The notes under the pieces are model-generated. The model searched no databases. It saw only the letters and a list, made by a program, of their open reading frames with translations, and was not told the DNA's origin. The position numbers were made by a program, and so were the translations under genes. From Eledone cirrhosa (Eukaryota): a stretch of 64,000 bases of DNA. This document shows positions 16,068-31,258 of this stretch, one piece after another. Every line of letters starts with the position of its first letter. The first letter of the stretch is position 1. The stretch lies in contig OZ024745.1 in the NCBI GenBank assembly GCA_964016885.1, positions 109,678,001-109,742,000 of the forward strand, written 5' to 3'.

Positions 16068-16362
16068 TCTGTGTTTAAGTGTCTTGTGTGTCAAATATGT
16101 GGTAACACAGACATTCTTGGAACACCTAAGAGACAGTTGGTAGCCATGGTGTTCAAAGCTTTTCCAAAGACATTAATATGTGATAGAGTTACAAATGAGA
16201 ATCAAAACCAGATTATCGTTTCATTCCGATCATAATTTACTATTGCCCCATGGATATGGATATAACTTACAAAACTAACATTTACTTCAAGTACAATATA
16301 TGTTTGCATGTAATTTTGTTGTATGTAGTATCTATACATCTATCTAGCTATATATGTGTGTA

Positions 16363-16460
<98 letters not shown>

Positions 16461-16733
16461 CATATACATACATATATACATACATATATATAGGTATCTA
16501 TATTATTGTTCAGTTGGATAGGAGGGTAATTATATGTGCAAACATTGACAATGCTCTGATGACTCCAAACGAGAGTTTGGAAGAAACGATTGTCAGCTAT
16601 TAAATGATTTGAACACAACTTTGATAATTGTATAATTTATTTATTATTTATATATATATATATACATATATATATACATATATACATATATTTATATAAA
16701 TACATACATACATATATATATATATGTGTAATG

Positions 16734-16791
<58 letters not shown>

Positions 16792-17067
16792 ACATGCTTA
16801 TTTGTTGGTCAGGGCATGATATATCACCTCCTGACTGACAACAAAAATAGTATATCTACCTGCTTTTCTAAAAATATGGAATCAAAACATGCAAACACAC
16901 ACACACACTCTCAGCTACACATACACACACTCACACACACATGCTCACACATAAAGACACACACACACACTCTCTCTCTCTCTCTCAGCCACACATATGG
17001 TCACACATAAAGCCATACACACATTCTCTCATCCACACATATGCTCACACATAAAATCACACACACA

Positions 17068-17585
<518 letters not shown>

Positions 17586-18151
17586 TATTCAACTATAGCT
17601 AAGATGACAATAGTTACATGTGATAGAGATATTTTTATATCTGTTGTCTGATCAGATGTTTTATGACTGAGTCATCATCATTCCTAATTTTACAGTTATC
17701 AAAACTGATAAAATGCATGTTTAGTTTATTTGTTAAAGGTCAAACATTCTTAGATGAATGATCTCCGCCAAACACGGAAAGTATCTTGAAGAGTGACTAA
17801 CTCCTTTCTCAAAGACTCCTTTTACAGGAACCATGACAAATAATGTATTTTCATAACTTCTGAAGGTTCTAGCAGATTGCCTCAGGTCAAACCCCCCCAA
17901 ACAAACCATGCACTTACTTAGTTGGAAATATCAAATGACAACATGATACACCGACATGGTAGGATGTCTGAATAATCCAAGACAAGAAGCAGACACCATT
18001 AAAGCTATACTGATTCTGCAGTGAAACCAATTAGTTTTGGTCAGTATTGAAAAGAAGCATTTCAGTGCTGCAAATCTGCACGGTGTCTATAGTCTGTGGG
18101 TGAATATGGATGAATGGTCACTGAGTTACTTATTTGGCTAATATTTGGTGA

Positions 18152-18197
<46 letters not shown>

Positions 18198-18502
18198 TAG
18201 AGAGAGAGAGAGAGTGAGCATGAGAAAGAAGAGAAAAAAAATGAAGTGTCATGATATTTACCTCAAGGGTTTACTAAGCTATATGAATATCACTTCCAAC
18301 AGAAGTTCAATCAGGACAAATCAAACCTGTCAGTTTATACAAATCAAAACTCAGCATCTGAGATTCCTACATTAGATATTTTGGGGAATATTTGGTTATT
18401 TAACCGCAAGCCTATTGCAAAACTATAAATCATACAATACATTTGAGGATTTTTCTTCTTTCCATTACATGTTTCATTCATATTTTCCCATCAGAATTTT
18501 AA

Positions 18503-18723
18503 CCCTTTTGCTAACAACCCATGCAAAGCCAGCTCTGGTTGTATGAAATATAATACCTCATTTTAAAGGGTTTTTAATTAAATTAAATCTTCCAACGTAA
18601 TTTTATATAAGAGCCATAGGTTAAGTTACTATAAATAATTAATGGTATTAGTACACTCTTCAATATTCTTCATTAATTAATTGAAATAGAATATATTTCA
18701 TTAGAAACATGGTCATGAAAGGG
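18503..18723. mobile_element. TTAA-type (piggyBac-like) MITE, family A; related copies at 21933-22149, 22846-23101, ~46838-47480, ~60870-61080
   Basis: Ends (TT)AACCCTTTT...GAAAGGGTT(AA); shared internal motif CTCTGGTTCTATGAAATA...AAATTAAAA.CTTCCAAC. Confidence 0.65.
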
Positions 18724-19269
18724 TTCAGTCATTAAGGCTAAGATATACACAATGTCAAAACCATATCTGTAGAAATGAGATGATAGGACTGGGTCCCTAT
18801 CATTTCACTGCAAAGTGGTCATGTAGGCTCCATGGCAAAAAAGGACCTAGCACTCACTGTAAATGAGGTTGGTGTTAGGAAGGGCATCCAGCTGTAGAAA
18901 TCAAGCCAGAATCAGTTCCCGTCGCCCCCTTGCAAGCAGGGAAAAGCAGATGTAAAATGATGATGAGGATAATGATAAGAAATAATATTAGATTTAGATT
19001 TTAGAAACATTTTTTTTTTCTTTTGAAGAATTAGTCTTCTTTTTATTTTTTTATGAAAAAGCAGCTCCCATGATTCCCAATTGTTTCAGAGACTCTGAGA
19101 ATGAGAAATAGAGGGAAGGAAGTTACTTTCAAACTGGAGACCAGGTTCAAATGCTTGCAAAATATCAGCTCTACTAAAAACTCCCATGGACCAGTGGTGA
19201 AGAGTAATAAGAAAAAGAAACCACAGCTCATAGGTCACTACAGAAGGAAAAAAAAACATATATGAAAAA

Positions 19270-19652
19270 TAATTGTTTCTACTTTTGGCACAAGACCAGC
19301 AATTACTCAGTATATTAGTGGTACTTTATTTTATCGACCCCGTAAGGATGAAAGGTAAAGTTAACCTTGGCGGGATTTGAACTCAGACCAAAAAAGGCTG
19401 TAACTCTTTGCTGCAAAGCATGGCGTCCGACCCTCTACCAGTACTGCCAGTCCACATATATGAAAAATAATTGTTTCTACTTTTGGCACAAGGCCAGCAA
19501 TTACCCAGTACATTACTGGTACTTTATTTTATCGACCCCGTAAGGATGAAAGGCAAAGTTAACCTCGGCGGGATTTGAACTCAGGCTGTAAAGGGACGTA
19601 ACTATGCTAGAAAGCATGGCGTCCAACCCTCTACCGATACTGCCAATTCACC
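19270..19652 (-). mobile_element. Two tandem full-length Meta-like SINEs with a shared 17-bp target duplication
   Basis: CATATATGAAAAATAAT occurs at ~19257, ~19455 and ~19652, bracketing both copies. Confidence 0.88.
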
Positions 19653-19662
19653 ATATATGAAA

Positions 19663-20045
19663 AATAATGACAGAAAGAATATGATCATGAATACAAGCAA
19701 CTGAAATGGGATTCTTCTGAAGGGTCTTTGGAGTAATGTTACTTGATAAAGTGTGTAGTTCAGAGATCAGAGAGTCACTCTAGGTAGAGTCAGTACTTCT
19801 CTGAACTGAGACATCACAGCTCCGATACTATGGGCATGTGGTTAGAATGTCTCAGGAAAGAATTGCTGGACAGATTTTACGGGCGAAACCAACTAGCAGG
19901 AGACTCAGGCGTAGACCCTAAGTGAGATGGTTGGATAACATCCATGAGCTTGGCTGGTGATGCTTGGGGATCCAGCCAGATCAGTTGGAGGCAGTTGCTT
20001 CTGACAGGACCTGCTAGAAGGAGTGTTTGAGGTCTCTGCCCCCCC
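19663..20045 (+). mobile_element. RTE-clade (Expander/Rex3-like) LINE, 3' ORF fragment with stops
   Basis: Manual translation IMTERI*S*IQATEMGFF*RVFGVMLLDKVCSSEIRESL*VE..SQLRYYGHVVRMSQERIAGQILRAKPTSRRLRRRP*VRWLDNI..LGIQPDQLEAVASDR matches the RTE C-terminal pattern (QLRWFGHLVRM..GRRPRGRPRTRW). Confidence 0.85.
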
Positions 20046-20454
20046 CCCCCCCCCCACACACACACACAGAACCCTCCCAGGAATAAGTTGGCGAAGAAGA
20101 AGAAAATAAACTTCGTTGAGATAAGAGATATGGTTCAAATGTCTACTAAAGACTTCTCTATAAAACACACAATAAGTAGGTGGAGATCTTACACGAGGAG
20201 ACAGATTGAGAAATTGTCTTTCAATTATCTCTTTTCTCCCAATCCTCTACCTACTTTTTATTTTTCTAAGACAAAATAAAGCAATTATAGGATTCACTGT
20301 GAATGTCAGTATTCAGATTTATTACTAAACTCTGATCACATTATTGAGACAACATAATCTCAAAGCAAATATAAAGCATATTCTCTTACATGAAAACTCT
20401 CTCTTAATTGGCTCTGCTCTTCTCTATTATGATGATTATATAATAATAATAATG

Positions 20455-20727
20455 ATTTTTGCTATAGGCACAAGGCCAGCAATTTGGAAGGAGGGGAAAG
20501 TCAATTAAATTGACCACAGTGCATTACTGGTGCTTTATTTTATCGACCCTTTAATGATGAAAGGTAAAGTTAACCTTGGCGGGATTTGAACTCAGAATAT
20601 AAACAGTTATAATTAAATGCTACAATATAATAATTGTTTCTACTTTAGGCACAGGGCCAGCAATTACCCAGTTCATTACTGGTACTTTATTTTATCGACC
20701 CCGTAAGGATGAAAGGCAAAGTCAACC
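20455..20727 (-). mobile_element. Two partial Meta-like SINE copies
   Basis: Same core and 3' end as 777-958. Confidence 0.8.
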
Positions 20728-21184
20728 CTTTGAGGAAGATTAGGCTGTCATTTTTAACAGGTTGAGTCACAATGTAGAAACTCTTTCCATGATACATAAC
20801 TGTGTGGGAGCTTGTTCCCATGGGTTCGAAATATGTGAAAAAAGGATTGAGCAAAATATTTATTACAGCAAGAATGTAATGGTATATTCTGATTAATATA
20901 GAGTAGTGCCCTTCTTCGTTGTGATAGTCACAACATTTCAGCCATTATACCTGCCAGCCGTCTTCAGGAGTTTGTCATATTTGTATTTCTATTATTTCAT
21001 TACTTCCTCATATCAGAAAAAAAAAATTCAGACAGAAATTAGTAGGAATGTGATGTGAGACATAATAGAAATAATAATGGGTGAAGGAGGAGGAATAGAA
21101 ATAATGGGGACATCAAATGGGTAGGTTTGAGGGAGGATGCTGCATTGTTTATTACATCAAAGCTATCAAAGACCATTATTATAG

Positions 21185-21298
<114 letters not shown>

Positions 21299-23299
21299 GA
21301 TGTGCCATGCTGATGCACTACCAGCATATGTAGGTTGTTGGTGTGTGACGGTTTCCTTATCAGTCACATAGATAAATCTGCATGAAGAAAATAACCTTTA
21401 TAAAGACAATAATAATAATGATGATGATAATAATAATAATAATAATAATGATAACAATAATTATTATTGTTATTATTACTATCATTATTTTTAAAGTTCA
21501 TCTACAAATCTATAAAATATCACTTAACACTTTATGTAAGAGATACTTGAAAGTAAGTATATTGTTCAAATAAGACAATTGAATAGAAAATATTGCATTA
21601 AATATAATTTCTATCTATGTCTTCCAAATATCAAAACATTATTTTACATAATTTTTTTCTACTTTTCCTACCTTTATTCTTTTATTTTTCATTTATCTGT
21701 GAAGTAGCAATGATTGATACTAGGTTTACACTTCAATAAACTTAGACAGAAAATAACAAAAGGACAAGTTGCCATTGCTGTTGTTTGTTAGCCCAAAGTG
21801 AAACCTGATTGAGCAGACCTTCCTACTGCGACCACCCTTTCTGTTTTGTATATTAGGGATGAAATTTTCAAGTGGATCCTTCGTTTTACTTTAAGTCTTT
21901 CAATACCAACCCATCCAAAACCATATATTCAACCCTTTTGTTACCAATCCGGCAAAAACTGGCTCTGGTTCTATGAAATAAAACCACCCAATTTGAAGGT
22001 TTCTAATTTAAATTAAAATCTTCCAACATAATCTAATATAAGAACTTTACATTAAGTTACTATCTTAGTAATGAAATAATTTATAATTTCAATAAATCCC
22101 TCAAAATTCCTCGTTAATTAATTAAAATAGAAATGTGGTCATGAAAGGGTTAAAATGGCTCTAATTTAAATGAAAGATTTCCAACATAATAATATAAGAA
22201 CGTTTTGTAATATCAGAAATACTATTGTAATAATTGAAACGTTAGTAAAACCCCCCATATTCTTCAGTAATTCATTAGAAATATAGAAGGGAAATGGTTA
22301 GGAGGGTAGAGTGTAATTTGTAGGATATTTGGCTGCTATTTTGAGAAGGTCAAATACTCAGTTAGGGACTTTCATCATGGTTTGACTGGTACCAGACTAA
22401 GAATAAAAAAAAACAGTGATTTGTATTATATTAGTAGTCCTGTTGTAATGCAGCAAATTGACTGAGTCATAAGAATGTCAGTAAAATGCTTTGTGGTATT
22501 TATTTTGTCTCTCTACTCTTGAGATCAAATCCTGCCAAGGTCAACTTTGCCTTTCATACATTCGCGGTCGATAAAAAAAGTACCAGTCAAGTTCTGGGGC
22601 CGATTCTTTCTTTATATCTCTTTCTCACTTCCATTTTCTCTCACTCTATCCTTCTCTGGAAGAAATCTACTGTATTCAGACCTGGAGAAGAGATGGACTG
22701 CACCAGGTTTTAAAAAATGCCCAAGAAATGCCATATTTGAATACAGCACCCCTATAATTCCACCAGGAGTTACAGGATAAAAAAACAAAAAAAAAAACAA
22801 ATGTAACCCTGTCATATGTCCATGACCAAAATATTTTGTTCTTAACCCTTTTAATGCCAACCCCCAACTGAAGTCACCTTTGGTTTTATGATACAAAATT
22901 CTGTTTTAAAGTATTTGATTTAAATTTAAGCTTGTGCTTAAAACTTTATGCAAGAACCTTTTGTTATGTTATATTCTAAACCATAGCTTTATAATGGAGA
23001 AATTAGTTATTTTACTAAATCCTTCCAAATTCTTCATGAATTAAAAAATTAATTGTTACACATAGATAGTATATTTTGTTAAAAATGTGGCCATGAAAAT
23101 GTTAAAGGCCCAGTCAATATACTTGCTTATAGGTACACAATTGTCAAATATCTTATTAACTGCTTGTGCTCAGTCCTGTTTCTGTGAAGTTTCTACTAAG
23201 TTTCCCTTCATATACTACATAGAAACAACATCTTCAGTTGTGTCCCAATAAATTTTGTGACTCTCTAGATCAATAAAATATAATGGACATCCATCAGTT

Positions 23300-23700
23300 T
23301 CAATGATGAATGTTCCAGTTTTTTTATTACTGGAACAGCCTGCTCATGATACTAACATGTAAGTGGCTAAGTATTCTACAAGCATAGGTACCCTTAATGT
23401 AATTCTCAGGGAGATTCAGTGTGATATTGTGTAACAAAGCTGGCCCTTTGAATTGCATGTACTGTCCATCAGACCTGCTTCCAAACAGTTTCTGTCAACC
23501 CTGTTTCACTCACAGGGCATGGATCAAAGTCTCACTCACAAGACGTGGATGGATCAAAGTTTCACTCACAAGAGAGGGATCAAAGTTTCATTCACAAGAC
23601 ATGGATCAAACTGAAGCTATAGTATTTAACATTTGCTCAAGATGCCATGCAGTGAGATCAAACCCAGGACTTAAGATTGCAAAGTAAATTTCTTAACCAT
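23300..23700 (-). mobile_element. Degraded SINE-derived sequence with internal 30-bp triplication (GGATCAAAGTTTCACTCACAAG)
   Basis: Shares GGAACAGCCTGCTCATGA..AACATG.AAGTGGCT..GTA and GGCCCTTTGAATT with the elements at 51262 and 52775. Confidence 0.6.
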
Positions 23701-26700
23701 TTGGTAATGCTGCATTATTACTATGCCTGGCTGCAAAGTTACGGCCCTTTACATTCCGAGTTCAGGTTAGCTTTGCTTTTCATCCTTAATGAGTCAATAA
23801 AATAAAGTACCAGTCACACACTGGGGGTGACTTAATCGACTTTCCCCTCCCCCAAAATTGCTGGACTTGTTCCTAAATCAGAAACCATTATTAAAATGTT
23901 AACTGCAATAGACTTGTGTTCTGTCCAGGAGTTTTATCTCTCATCAGTTCCACACCTAGAAACAGAAGTTAAACATCAGCTGTCAAAAGTCATTCACAGA
24001 CAAATGTTTAATATTGTTGTTGTTCTTCTTGTGGGACAGAATTCTCCAAACATTTGTCAATAATCTTAGGGCAAGAGATGAGATAACTAAAATACAGTAT
24101 ATCAAATATAAGTTTATCATTGTGATACAAGTTAGAAACCTCTATCTAGCTGTGTGCGTATGTATGTGTGTGAGTAGAGAGAGAGAGAACTGTGTTTGCC
24201 CTCGATCTATAAAAATCTATTGTAGAAAGAAAGATGACAGATGAGAGTAACAAATTAATCAATGCACCCCCACCCCCCTCCCTGGCACAGGCACACATAG
24301 ACTACTTTACTAGTAATTCATACCAGAAAAAAAACAAGCAAACAAAAAAAAAAAACATGTAATGAGGGAAAAGATTTCATCTTTTAAATTTGAGCACTTT
24401 TCAACCTGAGATCTACCAATCCCACTGCACTCCAACTTAGCAAAAAAAGATCTTGTTTCTTTTTGTCTGTAGAAAAAAGGCCAACTATATTTGTATTCTT
24501 TACTCTTGCCAGATCACTTTAATGACACAAATAAACCAATTTATCATATTCGCTATTCTTCTGTAAAATTCTCTAAAAATATGACATGTTAATAACCAGC
24601 TGAGACATCTGGCTTCAGTTAAGCAGAATAATAGTAAAACAACAAAATATATATATAGGATGTTACCCTCATCACTAACAAGAAAGACATAAATGAAGGA
24701 AACAAAAAGCAAAACTAGCTTTAATAAAATGTTCACATTTCAGTAAAGTGATATGACTTGAATCTTATTGCTGCTGTATTGTCAGCAGAAGACTAATTGG
24801 TTAGCCATTTCTGTCAGGAAACTGTAGAGGTAAGTTAATTCTTAGATTACAACATAAGGGTATTTTTGGTTGGTTCTAGCCTATTAGACATTATAACAGA
24901 AAATTAACATTTAATGTGAATTGAACTACTGAAGTTTAGAACCATTCAACGCCATGAGCGTTGATTAGTGACGCAGCACTAAATGACCACAGAAGAAAGA
25001 ATTCTGAAGCAATGGGACACTTATTGCCAGACTTGAACATTATATGCAGTATTAGATGCATGGCTAATCCATGTTCCCTTGGGGGTGTAATTAATTATAA
25101 ATTACAATACTGGCAGCAAGCAAAGCGTTAAAGACAACAATAAGGATTTCTTTAGTAAGCAGAAGATTGTTTCCCATGAGAAATATACAGAATACCATAT
25201 ATTCCATAAGTGTGTGAAATCTTTTACAAATCAGAAGCTATGAAATACTGCTTCACATATGGAGTGTGTTGTATTCAGTTAGTAATATACCCTAGTATAT
25301 TACTGATATCTATCATCACTATAGAAAGGCAGTCAATTGTGCCAAATTAGATATCAAAAAGCTTTTAATCTAGTATTGTGTCATTTGTGTCATTTCCAAT
25401 AGAATGAGAGGAGGGGGTGTGCAAAGGGAGATTGGAGAGAGGGGTGAACAAGTATGCAAGTTGGACATGAATAAAGTGGGTGCCAGAGGTCTAAGCTGGG
25501 ACACTTAGCTGGTGAGTTGAGGGAGTAAGTATTAAGATTAGGGAAGGTTTATGGGATGGTGAGGGATTTAAGAAGATTGGTTCAGACTAGTATCCTCTAT
25601 ATGTTTGTTTCATCCTGTGTATATGGGAAGGCAGGTCCTTTGCAGTACAGCATATTACCAGAGATCTCAATCCTGTGTCATCTCTTTTGAGAGGTATTTA
25701 ATTGTGTGAGGTAAGATTTTATCAATTCAACCCAAGCTTTCCTGTATCTTCCTCCATAGTTTCCATCAACTTCAAGTGACCTGTACTTTGTATACATCTG
25801 TTATCCCCCATATTCATCACATGTCTATACTACAATCTCCTCTCCTGCACACTTCATCTGACCCCTTTTATGCACAGCTTCTCTCTCAGTTTATTGATGC
25901 TTCCCATTTATGTACACTACTATTACATCTATCGGAGTACACAAACTTCATTTCTTGCCAGTCATCATTTTCTCTCTCCCATCCCGTTGTTACTCTTCAT
26001 TAATATTTACTCACCCCCTGCACCTATATACAATTCCAATTACCATCATTTACTCACCCTCAAGCATCTCTGTTGCTGTACATCACTAGTTTCTCTTCAT
26101 CATGACACACTCCTATTGCTCAATTTTGTACCAATAACCAACATATAGCTATCACTATCCCTCTTCCTCTACCATCCTATCATTTTGTATTTTCCCTTCA
26201 TGCTCATATTCATACACTCACTGGCTCCCCTTAGAGAGATTTAGCTGTCATTCACTACTCTCACCCTCATGCTTCACAACTGATATCTAGCACCAGCTCT
26301 CTGCTGCCATGACACATCCATATTGTTGGAAATTCCTGCCTACCAACAACCAGCTTGTAACTATCATCGTCTTTCTTCCTTCCCTACCATCTTATATTTT
26401 TCTCCTTCAAATTCATATTCATACTCTATCCTCTTTTAATCCCTTCCCTTCAAATTTCACACATGGGCACTTTTGCCTTGAAAATATAGAGCTGATAGTT
26501 TTCAGCCATGTAGAGATAAGGCCTCATTAGTGTTTGGACCTCATTAGTGTTTGGACCTCATTAGTGTTTGCATGATAACATGCACCTAGTATACTTTGTG
26601 AAGTTGTTGACAATCGAGCAAAAATACCATAGGGTAGAGAGAACTCTTTAATCTTGTCAAGAATATAACAAACTCTGTAATGCTGGTACTACAATAAAAT

Positions 26701-27118
26701 TCACCCAGTACTCTCTGCTAAGTGTTTGGCATTAGGAGGTGCTACCGGAATAGATAGTATGTTAAAAATTGTCCATCTAAGAAAGCAATAACACCGAATA
26801 ACAACTCACCTGGACCAGAATAACTCTTCCAACAATTGTCAGCATGGACAGTGAATTTAAAATGGAGATGATATACAGAGTACTAAGAAATACTAGGCAG
26901 AGCTGGACAGCAGAAAGTCTTCAGAGAAGAAGTACTCCTCATGCAAGTGTTTTGGAGTGTGTTTGCGTGTAAGCATGTATATATGTGTGTATGCTTGCAT
27001 GTAAGAATGCACCTGTTAAATTACATATTTACTCCTTTCTAAAAGACATTTTAAATACTTTTTATGTCTTTATAGAATTTCAAAATGCAAATAAATTTTC
27101 AAAAAATAAAAAAAATGG

Positions 27119-27171
<53 letters not shown>

Positions 27172-27749
27172 TATTTGAAAACAATTGTGAAATTCTTCCT
27201 GAAGTGTTTGGAAATAAAAAGACAAAGCAATTTTTTTTTTTTTAAGAAAAGAATAGATTTATTGAGCTAAAATTTATAAAAGAAAATATTTTCTCTCGTT
27301 GCTACCAATTTTTGAACATTTCTTGTTTTGAAATATAAGCTTTGTCTAAGTAGCATAACAAATATGCACACACACAAACACCCATATATATATATATATA
27401 TATACGCACATAGAGACAAATATATAGAACAGTTTATTTTTTTTTAAATCCAACACCTTCCTTTTATTCAATCTTATATACACCCCCTTCTCCAACACAC
27501 AGACATATAGACTGGCTAACAGATGGATAGATAAATAGATGCGTGCATGTGTATATATGAAAATGATTCTACATAAGACACTAACACAAAATTGAGTGAG
27601 GAGTAAAAAAGGATGAAAGAAGAATCCCTTTATAACAATGAAAGTCTATATAGTTTGAAAATATGTTGGAAAGATATCACTGATATTGGTGGGTTGGGTG
27701 GAAAGCAAAGTAAAAAGAAGGAATGAAAGAAACAAATAAACACTGAAAG

Positions 27750-27850
27750 AAGGTGCATGCATGGCTGTGTAGTTAAGGAGTTTGCTCTGCAACCACATGG
27801 TTTCAGGTTCAGTCCTACTTCCTGACATTGGGCAAATGTTTTTCATTATA
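27750..27850 (+). mobile_element. 5' head of a tRNA-derived CORE-like SINE interrupted by the 30-bp satellite
   Basis: TGGCTGTGTAGTTAAG (A-box-like), GGTTCAGTCC (B-box-like), then TTGGGCAAATGT..TTATAGC running directly into the array. Confidence 0.7.
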
Positions 27851-30800
27851 GCTTTGAGCTGTGGTGGAGTTTTACTATAGCTTCAGGCTATAGTGGAATT
27901 TTACTATAGTTTTGGGCTTGTAAGTCGAATTTTTACTATAGCTTAGGGCTGTAGTGGAATTTTTACTATAGCTTCAGGCTTGTAAGTAAAATTTTTACTA
28001 GAGCTTAGGGCTATAGTGGAATTTTTACTATAGCTTCAGGCTCTAGAGGAATTTTTACTATAGCTTTGGGCTGTAGTGGAATTTTACTCTAGCTTCAGGC
28101 TTTTAAGTAGAATTTTTATTATAGCTTTGGGCTGTAATGGAATTTTTACTATAGTTTTGGGCTTGTAAGTGGAATTTTTACTATAGATTTGGGCTGTAGT
28201 GGAATTTTTACTATAGCTTAGGGCTATAGTGGAATTTTTACTATAGCTTCAGGCTTTTACTAGAATTTTTACTAGAGCTTAGGGCTATAGTGGAATTTTT
28301 ACTATAGCTTCAGGCTTTTACTAGAATTTTTACTAGAGCTTAGGGCTATAGTGGAATTTTTACTATAGCTTCAGGCTTTTACTAGAATTTTTACTAGAGC
28401 TTAGGGCTATAGTGGAATTTTTACTATAGCTTCAGGCTCTAGAGGAATTTTTACTATAGCTTCAGGCTCTAGAGGAATTTTTACTATAGATTTGGGCTGT
28501 AGTGGAATTTTTACTATAGCTTAGGGCTGTAGTGGAATTTTTACTATAGCTTCAGGCTCTAGAGGAATTTTTACTATAGCTTCGGTCTCTAGAGGAATTT
28601 TTACTATAGATTTGGGCTGTAGTGGAATTTTTACTATAGCTTAGGGCTGTAGTGGAATTTTTACTATAGCTTCAGGCTCTAGAGGAATTTTTACTATAGC
28701 TTCAGGCTCTAGAGGAATTTTTACTATAGATTTGGGCTGTAGTGGAATTTTTACTATAGCTTAGGGCTGTAGTGGAATTTTTACTATAGCTTCAGGCTCT
28801 AGAGGAATTTTTACTATAGCTTCGGTCTCTAGAGGAATTTTTACTATAGATTTGGGCTGTAGTGGAATTTTTACTATAGCTTAGGGCTGTAGTGGAATTT
28901 TTACTATAGCTTCAGGCTCCAGAGGAATTTTTACTATAGCTTCAGGCTCTAGAGGAATTTTTACTATAGATTTGGGCTGTAGTGGAATTTTTACTATAGC
29001 TTAGGGCTGTAGTGGAATTTTTACTATAGCTTCAGGCTCTAGAGGAATTTTTACTATAGCTTCGGTCTCTAGAGGAATTTTTACTATAGATTTGGGCTGT
29101 AGTGGAATTTTTACTATAGCTTAGGGCTGTAGTGGAATTTTTACTATAGCTTCAGGCTCTAGAGGAATTTTTACTATAGCTTCAGGCTATAGAGGAATTT
29201 TTACTATAGATTTGGGCTGTAGTGGAATTTTTACTATAGCTTAGGGCTGTAGTGGAATTTTTACTATAGCTTCAGGCTTGTAAGTAAAATTTTTACTAGA
29301 GCTTAGGGCTATAGTGGAATTTTTACTATAGCTTCAGGCTCTAGAGGAATTTTTACTATAGCTTTGGGCTGTAGTGGAATTTTACTCTAGCTTCAGGCTT
29401 TTAAGTAGAATTTTTATTATAGCTTTGGGCTGTAATGGAATTTTTACTATAGTTTTGGGCTTGTAAGTGGAATTTTTACTATAGATTTGGGCTGTAGTGG
29501 AATTTTTACTATAGCTTAGGGCTATAGTGGAATTTTTACTATAGCTTCAGGCTTTTACTAGAATTTTTACTAGAGCTTAGGGCTATAGTGGAATTTTTAC
29601 TATAGCTTCAGGCTTTTACTAGAATTTTTACTAGAGCTTAGGGCTATAGTGGAATTTTTACTATAGCTTCAGGCTTTTACTAGAATTTTTACTAGAGCTT
29701 AGGGCTATAGTGGAATTTTTACTATAGCTTCAGGCTCTAGAGGAATTTTTACTATAGCTTCAGGCTCTAGAGGAATTTTTACTATAGATTTGGGCTGTAG
29801 TGGAATTTTTACTATAGCTTAGGGCTGTAGTGGAATTTTTACTATAGCTTCAGGCTCTAGAGGAATTTTTACTATAGCTTCGGTCTCTAGAGGAATTTTT
29901 ACTATAGATTTGGGCTGTAGTGGAATTTTTACTATAGCTTAGGGCTGTAGTGGAATTTTTACTATAGCTTCAGGCTCTAGAGGAATTTTTACTATAGCTT
30001 CAGGCTCTAGAGGAATTTTTACTATAGATTTGGGCTGTAGTGGAATTTTTACTATAGCTTAGGGCTGTAGTGGAATTTTTACTATAGCTTCAGGCTCTAG
30101 AGGAATTTTTACTATAGCTTCGGTCTCTAGAGGAATTTTTACTATAGATTTGGGCTGTAGTGGAATTTTTACTATAGCTTAGGGCTGTAGTGGAATTTTT
30201 ACTATAGCTTCAGGCTCCAGAGGAATTTTTACTATAGCTTCAGGCTCTAGAGGAATTTTTACTATAGATTTGGGCTGTAGTGGAATTTTTACTATAGCTT
30301 AGGGCTGTAGTGGAATTTTTACTATAGCTTCAGGCTCTAGAGGAATTTTTACTATAGCTTCGGTCTCTAGAGGAATTTTTACTATAGATTTGGGCTGTAG
30401 TGGAATTTTTACTATAGCTTAGGGCTGTAGTGGAATTTTTACTATAGCTTCAGGCTCTAGAGGAATTTTTACTATAGCTTCAGGCTATAGAGGAATTTTT
30501 ACTATAGATTTGGGCTGTAGTGGAATTTTTACTATAGCTTAGGGCTGTAGTGGAATTTTTACTATAGCTTCAGGCTTGTAAGTAAAATTTTTACTAGAGC
30601 TTAGGGCTATAGTGGAATTTTTACTATAGCTTCAGGCTCTAGAGGAATTTTTACTATAGCTTTGGGCTGTAGTGGAATTTTACTCTAGCTTCAGGCTTTT
30701 AAGTAGAATTTTTATTATAGCTTTGGGCTGTAATGGAATTTTTACTATAGTTTTGGGCTTGTAAGTGGAATTTTTACTATAGATTTGGGCTGTAGTGGAA

Positions 30801-31258
30801 TTTTTACTATAGCTTAGGGCTATAGTGGAATTTTTACTATAGCTTCAGGCTTGTAAGTAGAATTTTTACTAGAGCTTAGGGCTATAGTGGAATTTTTACT
30901 ATAGCTTCAGGCTTTTACTAGAATTTTTACTAGAGCTTAGGGCTATAGTGGAATTTTTACTATAGCTTCAGGCTTTTACTAGAATTTTTACTAGAGCTTA
31001 GGGCTATAGTGGAATTTTTACTATAGCTTCAGGCTCTAGAGGAATTTTTACTATAGCTTCGGTCTCTAGAGGAATTTTTACTATAGCTTTGGGCTGTAGT
31101 GGAATTTTACTCTAGCTTCAGGCTTTTAAGTAGAATTTTTATTATAGCTTTGGGCTGTAATGGAATTTTTACTATAGTTTTGGGCTTGTAAGTGGAATTT
31201 TTACTATAGCTTTGGGCTGTAGTGGAATTTTTACTATGTTTTGGGGCTTATAAGTAGA
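27842..31258. repeat. 30-bp tandem satellite (~113 units) with 120-bp and 1298-bp higher-order repeats
   Basis: Unit GAATTTTTACTATAGCTT(C/A)(A/G)GGCT(C/G/A)TAG(A/T)G; the rare variant TTCAGGCTTGTAAGTAAAA occurs at 27973, 29271 and 30569 (spacing 1298). Confidence 0.97.

Noticed and set aside
26522-26570. 17-bp unit repeated three times (CCTCATTAGTGTTTGGA)
   Set aside because: Ordinary local slippage duplication with no further structure.
27842-31258. CRISPR-like appearance of ~30-bp repeats with variable segments
   Set aside because: Variable parts are ~12-bp recurring variants of each other, not unique spacers; no cas genes; eukaryotic context.
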